This document shows, in pieces, positions 58,282 through 64,000 of a DNA stretch of 64,000 bases. The position numbers and the translations under genes are program-made. A model generated the notes under the pieces. The model did no database searches, was not told the DNA's origin, and saw only the letters and a program-made list of their open reading frames with translations. Each line of letters starts with the position of its first letter. Position 1 is the first letter of the stretch. Source of the DNA: Macrostomum lignano (Eukaryota); NCBI GenBank assembly GCA_002269645.1, contig NIVC01002526.1, positions 1 to 64,000 of the forward strand, written 5' to 3'.

Positions 58282-61200
58282 CGGATAGATAGACTAGTGT
58301 GTGAATAGATGGACTAGTGCGTGAATAGATGGACTAGTGTTCGTGAATAGATGGACTAGTGTGTGAATAGATGGACTAGTGTTCGTGGATAGATAGACTA
58401 GTGTGTGAATAAATGGACTAGTGTGTGAATAGATGGACTAGTGTGCGTGAATAGATAGACTAGTGTGTGAATAGATGGACTAGTGTTCGTGAATAGATAG
58501 ACTAGTGCGTGAATAGATGGACTAGTGTTCGTGAATAGATAGACTAGTGTGTGAATAGATGGACTAGTGTTCGTGAATAGATGGACTAGTGTTCGTGGAT
58601 AGATAGACTAGTGTGTGAATAGATGGACTAGTGTTCGTGGATAGATAGACTAGTGTGTGAATAGATGGACTAGTGTTCGTGGATAGATAGACTAGTGTGT
58701 GAATAGATGGACTAGTGCGTGAATAGATAGACTAGTGTGTGAATAAATGGACTAGTGTGTGAATAGATGGACTAGTGTGCGTGAATAGATAGACTAGTGC
58801 GTGAATAGATGGACTAGTGTTCGTGGATAGATAGACTAGTGCGTGAATAGATGGACTAGTGTTCGTGAATAGATAGACTAGTGTGTGAATAGATAGACTA
58901 GTGTGTGAATAGATAGACTAGTGTGTGAATAGATGGACTAGTGTGCGTGGATAGATAGACTAGTGTGTGAATAGATGGACTAGTGCGTGAATAGATAGAC
59001 TAGTGTGTGAAAAAATGGACTAGTGTGTGAATAGATGGACTAGTGTGCGTGAATGGATGGACTAGTGTGCGTGAATGGATAGACGAGTGTGCAGTGAGCT
59101 CTCAAATACCAGTACGTAGATCTTGGATAATAAGAGGTTCTCACCTGGAGAGTGCCGGAAGTAGGTCACGCAGGCCTGGGAGACGCTGTTCCGGCTTAAC
59201 TCATCCGGGATCTCGCTGAGACGATTGAGCCTCAGGTTAAAGAAGTCCCGCTTAGTGTGCATGTAGTCCTCCTCGACGCGCTGGCTGGTGGAGTGCAGCC
59301 TGTTCTGCCCGACCTCCCGGCTGCGGGGTTGGCAGCGTCAGTTTGGTTGAAGAAATCGAAGCATCGTTTCTTAGAAAATCTTTGAAAACTGGCTTTAAAG
59401 CGAGCCTAAAATATGACCTTCGAGATTTGTCTGCATTAATCGCAAGTTTCCCGTCAAAAGGGGCTCGTATTTAGCAGGGACTACTAGACCAAACTATAAG
59501 TGATATACAATTGTTGCAGGAGGGCTAGCTTTCAGCACCTTGACTATCTGCACCTTCAGCGACATGGTCCCACTCCCACAACCAGCGCTGACGGCAATCT
59601 GCCCATTCCGCTGACTCCCGAGCACATGCAAGCCGGCCAACACTGTACGCAGCACGCACTCATGCACGCTCACTCAGGGTGTACAGCGGCCCTGGCTTGT
59701 ACACCCTCTGTGCCATGGGGGTTGGCCCTCATGGTGTGAATCGCACAGCAACCCCTAGGCCAATTTTCGTGCACACACAAGCCCCAATTGAAAGTGGCCG
59801 CGCACGGAATCGAACCGGAGTTCGTAGAGCCAGAGTCGGATGCGTTTGCCGCTGAGCTGCTCTGCCCCTTGAGTAGTGAAGTACAGGCTAGACACGATAT
59901 CAAAGTAGCCCTTGGCCCCTGAGTTGCCCCTGAGAGACAGTTCAGAGTTGAGACTGACTGCGATGCCAAGCGAAACCGTCCCTACTGACCATGAGAAGTT
60001 CTTCCCGTGAAACGTTATGCGCATAAAAACCGCCCTCACCGAATCATGGTGACGTCCTCGCTGCTGAGATCTGTCAGCAGACTTCGGTCGTAGTTGAACA
60101 CAATTCTGGGAAAGCGGGCCTGATGGCTGCTCAGCCGCTCGCCGCTGGCTGTCGACCGGTCGGTGGACAGCGCCGATGATCGCTGGGTGCTCAGTGGGCC
60201 CAATTGGCGACGACGCCGCTGCCTACTCGCCGCAGTCGACGTCGGCGACATCGGCGACGTCGTATCTACCTGAGTCGGCAGCGGCGGCGGCGGAGCGACG
60301 TCCATTCGGTGGTTCTCGACTGCGTCGCAGACTCGGTTGGCAGTGAGCCTGCTGGCGTAGCCGCATGGCAGCCGGGGTCGGCTCGACTGCGGGCGATTCA
60401 CCGATTTGCAATGGTTAAAAATGTCCTGACTATGCTACTCAACAGTTCGACTATTAGTAGCAGTTTAAGTATTTTAAAGCTGCTGTTTAAAGTAAAAAAG
60501 CTTTATCGGGTGGTTAAAGCCTTCGTTTAAACCCTAGAAAAATTAATAGTGTGATCTTTGAACAGTCTTATGAACAAAGCGTTCATTAATTTGCACACAG
60601 ATGGCTTTTATATATATCCTAGGCCCTCCGTCTGTCTGTTTTTCGTTGCCCTTACAATTTTTGTTTCTTTTGTTTAAATTTACTCTCAATAATACCTGAT
60701 CGTTTAATAATTCTTTTAATTCGAATATACGGTCAAGCTGTTTTGAAATACACAGAACTGAACTGCATATATGCTAGCATAATAATGACAGATCTGCACG
60801 TACCACCAAGTGAGGCGGGAAATTTTCGGGACTCTCACAGAGTGGTAGGCATGCCTAGTAGGCTATCTAATATACTACTGAGCATAGCATATCTGCCACA
60901 GTCACTGCCACAGCGGAGCGGAGCGCTCACCGTGGTCAAAGTTCGCATGGCCGTCTGAGTCTCTCGGTAGGGACTGAGATCGTTGAAGGTTGCCGGCTTA
61001 TGAAGCCGTCTGCAATCAATTATTGGGCCATATTTTTCCAACTGCTCAAAATCTGAAAGAAGATGCTTTAGTTAAGTTCGCCTCACTCTCTGGGCCGAAG
61101 TCCCTCGATTTTGTGGCCGAACTTGCTCAACTCTCGCTGCAGCTTGTGCAGCTGCTCCTTCAACTGCTCCGTCTGCAGGTCCTTCACCTTGAAGTTCGAA

Positions 61201-64000
61201 TTTGAGCTGGGATCGTCGGCAGGGGCTAAAATTGAGAATTTGTGTTCATATTGTCTCTAGGCAGCTGAGAGAGTTGGCTCGCTATATTGATTTGCACTTT
61301 AAATCTAGTCAGGTAGGAAGCCAGTGCGTGAGCCGGATTTTGACCCGAGAAGAGAAAGTGTGCGCCTTTTTTTCTTATTGAGCTACGGCTGGGAAACTTT
61401 GGCTTCGATGCCTTTCAATGCCTTTCAATGCGGGGTCGTCATGGCAACCCAGGAAGCGAGAAGACACTGCATGCCTGGCCCAAGCGTGCATGCGACCTTT
61501 TCCAATCGCAGGCTCTCGGCCTAGTCAATTGGACGCGAGTGCCACGCGGCCTCTTCGGGATCTACGCTCGTAGTTTGAGCTGGGATACTCGCGGCCTCTG
61601 GTCGTAGAAAGAGAATCAACTCTCCGGTTAGTTGCAGTTGCTTGTTTGAAAACAGTAAAGTATGAAAACTGACTATGCCTGAAGCCGCATAGAGGCCCTG
61701 CAAATCTATACGCTACTGTAGGGTTGGGTGCTCTAATTGAACTGAATGCGTCGCTATGAATTCAAGCTTAAGACCAAATGAATGATTGGATGAGCACCTC
61801 AATAGTATAGGGTTTCTCCAACACCCATCAGAAACCCCTTTGTTAGGGTTGAACCAGTTAAATCTTAGTGATGCATTCCTACACAGTTGTCATTCCATTG
61901 CGCTAGGTTAAGATCGATTATTAAACACGAAAATTCCAGCAAATTTTTATTAATTTTCGTACAAATAAAACACTCCGTGTGTGCCTTCAAACCGTCCGAA
62001 TCCAATCCCAGGATCCTTGCATTTACTTGCAAATTTCAGCAAAGTTAAAAACTCAGAAACTCTGTGCCTTTTACTCACTATCACTTTTCTCGACTTCGAC
62101 AGGCGGGCTGCTTATCGAAGCCGGCGCGGGCGGCTCCCACTGTCTCTGGTCTGCCTCATAAATATAGTCGATTCTCAGCAGGCTGGATACATCGTCTTCG
62201 CGTCGTCGATATCGACGTCTTTGCTGCCGCTCTTCATCGTCCGACTCTTTGCGTCGAACGCCGCGGCGACCTCGGTGGCGAAGGCGACCTTGCTCATCGG
62301 TGAGGTCGGAATCGCCGTAGGAGGATGACGAAGCCGACCTCTCCTGTGAAGAGGAAGAAGCGCTATTGTCTACCGAGCGCCTTCTACCCCTTCGGCGCCG
62401 CGGCAGCTTTCCTTGCTTTTTGTCTGATCTCGTGGCTTCATCATCCTCGGTTGAGCTGTCCGAAGAGTAGCGATTCCGGTGCGGCCGGAGGATCTCCCGG
62501 CGCAGCTGTGTATCGGCCGAGGGTGGCGAGCCTCGCCCTCGTTTCCGGGTTTGTTCAGGCCGATTGTGACGGCCCTCTCTCTGATGCCTATTTCCCTTGC
62601 CTATTGTAGAAGCCTCTGCTCCACGCTGACCCAAGTTATCGCTTCTTCTCTTCTTCATTTCGTCACCTCGAGTTTCATTTTTCTTTCTTTCCCGTTTCTG
62701 CTCCTTTGCGTTGGCTTTGTCGCTTCCCCTGTGTCGAGTGCTGCGACCGTCAGATCGATCGGGCGAGTGTGCTGGTCCTCCAATTACCGCAGAAGACTGC
62801 GTTCGTTTTTCTGCTGGTCTCGGGGCCTGGCTGGTATGTTGGACTTGATCCTTGTTAGAGGATCGCGGTTGCTGCGAGTTTACGGTGGCTGGCGTCTCAT
62901 TGACCTGACCTGTCTCCATGTGCGTTTTAGTTCCAGATGTAGAAGAATGGTTCACTTTGGAGGTTCTTCCTGTCGACTTGGCGCTTGCGGCAGCGCTTAC
63001 AGGCCTCGAGGTGCTTCGTAGCGAGCCCAGGCTCACGTTTGGTATAATGCGCAGCTCCGATTCACTATCATTCTCACTAGCTTTGTCTTCCTCTGATTTA
63101 TCTCTGTCTGCTGCTTTTTCAGTGTCTTCACGCGATTGCACGGTTGCATTGTCTTGACTGTCGTGATTTTTGACTGTATTGTCTTTTCGGGGCGATTGAT
63201 GCGGTTGCTTGTCTGATTTAATCGAGTTAACCTCGTCATTCGAAGTGCCCTTATTTTTTGAAAGGTCGTCTATTAGCTTATTCTGATCGAGTGCACCGTT
63301 TAGCCCAGCATCCGTGTTCTCTTCTCGTCCATCCTCCCAATGTAAGCCTTCTTCAGCATCGTCTTTGCTTGACGTTTCTTCTTGTTTAATTGAAGCATCG
63401 AATTCCAATGTTTGCTCAGAATTTTTTGAAGCGCCATCTTTCCGGTGCTTGCTCGATTCTGCTTGTCCCTTCTCCGAGTTTAGGCCTTCTGAAGCTTTGC
63501 TTCCACCCTGTTCGATTTGGGAGTTATCTTGATTTGTTTCTTTAGATTGTGGCACCATCTCTGAGCCTGCTGGTTTCGTATTGTCGGCAAATTTGTTTTC
63601 CCTCTCTGTTTCAGGGTCTGGCTTTGAGTCGTCACTTTTAACTGTCGACTCCGTACCGACTGCATTTTCATGATTCGTGCTGCCAAATCCATATTGTGAC
63701 TTCCTCTTATCCCCACTGGTCCACACAGTTCCGCCTTTTTGATTCATGTTGTCTTCACTAACCGACTCAGATGCACCTCCGCCTTGTGGCTTCGAGTTGT
63801 CTTCACTAACCGACTCAGATGCACCTGCATCTTGTGGCTTCGAGTTTTCTTCACTAACCGACTCAGATGCACCTGCATCTTGTGGCTTCGAGTTGTCTTC
63901 ACTAACCGACTCAGATGCACCTGCATCTTGTGGCTTCGAGTTGTCTTCACTAACCGACTCAGATGCACCTGCATCTTGTGGCTTCGAGTTGTCTTCACTA
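58042..64000 (-). CDS. Uncharacterised large protein, 5'-partial, at least 7 exons; long disordered N-terminus, short coiled coil, probable folded C-terminal domain
   Basis: Exons >64000-62079, 61225-61087, 60973-60931, 60386-60040, 59929-59777, 59320-59145, 58109-58042 join in phase (2595 nt from ATG 63747). The frame stays open upstream of 63747 to the window edge. No family recognised. Confidence 0.72.
58284..59088. repeat. 20/22-bp minisatellite (GAATAGATGGACTAGTGTGT), about 38 copies, last intron of the uncharacterised gene
   Basis: Period is visible; the unit contains the ACTAGT palindrome. Confidence 0.96.
63748..64000 (-). repeat. 48-bp coding tandem repeat encoding (KPQDAGASESVSEDNS)n, at least 5 copies
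   Basis: In frame with and directly upstream of ATG 63747; no stop in that frame up to the window end. Confidence 0.85.

Noticed and set aside
61521-61703. 60-aa ORF as an extra exon of the uncharacterised gene
   Set aside because: The phase-compatible frame ends in a stop, and the flanking exons (62079 and 61225) already join in phase without it.

Overview
Eukaryotic (metazoan) genomic DNA. GC-rich exons sit in AT-rich or minisatellite-filled introns. This architecture resembles free-living flatworms such as Macrostomum, but that is inference only. All exon joins below were built by hand from GT-AG sites and phase matching; each complete model gives a CDS length divisible by 3. Four conserved genes are recognisable: unkempt (-, 7 exons, six CCCH fingers, apparently no RING), RhoGDI (+, 2 exons), TMEM41A-like (+, 5 exons) and Nemo-like kinase (-, 8 exons, TLE instead of TQE). 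Also present are a PTB/PID-like adaptor (-), an uncharacterised gene (-) whose first visible exon runs off the window through a coding 48-bp repeat, and one or two orphan ORFs at 30.8-32.4 kb. Mobile DNA includes two decayed RTE-like LINE pieces (0.9-4.7 kb), a tRNA-headed CORE-like SINE split by a hAT-type MITE with an exact 8-bp TSD, a long-TIR CAAGG element with an exact 8-bp TSD plus a second copy carrying a 1-kb minisatellite, and further MITE-like elements. About 20 mostly unrelated tandem arrays cover roughly a quarter to a third of the window. The most interesting patterns are: (i) many introns carry their own minisatellite whose sense-strand unit looks like a 3' splice site; (ii) a splice acceptor lies a few nt upstream of most start codons, compatible with SL trans-splicing or operons; (iii) a minisatellite appears to have arisen at a hairpin inside a transposon. 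No CRISPR array, rRNA or functional tRNA was found. Most long ORFs in the track are artefacts of repeats.
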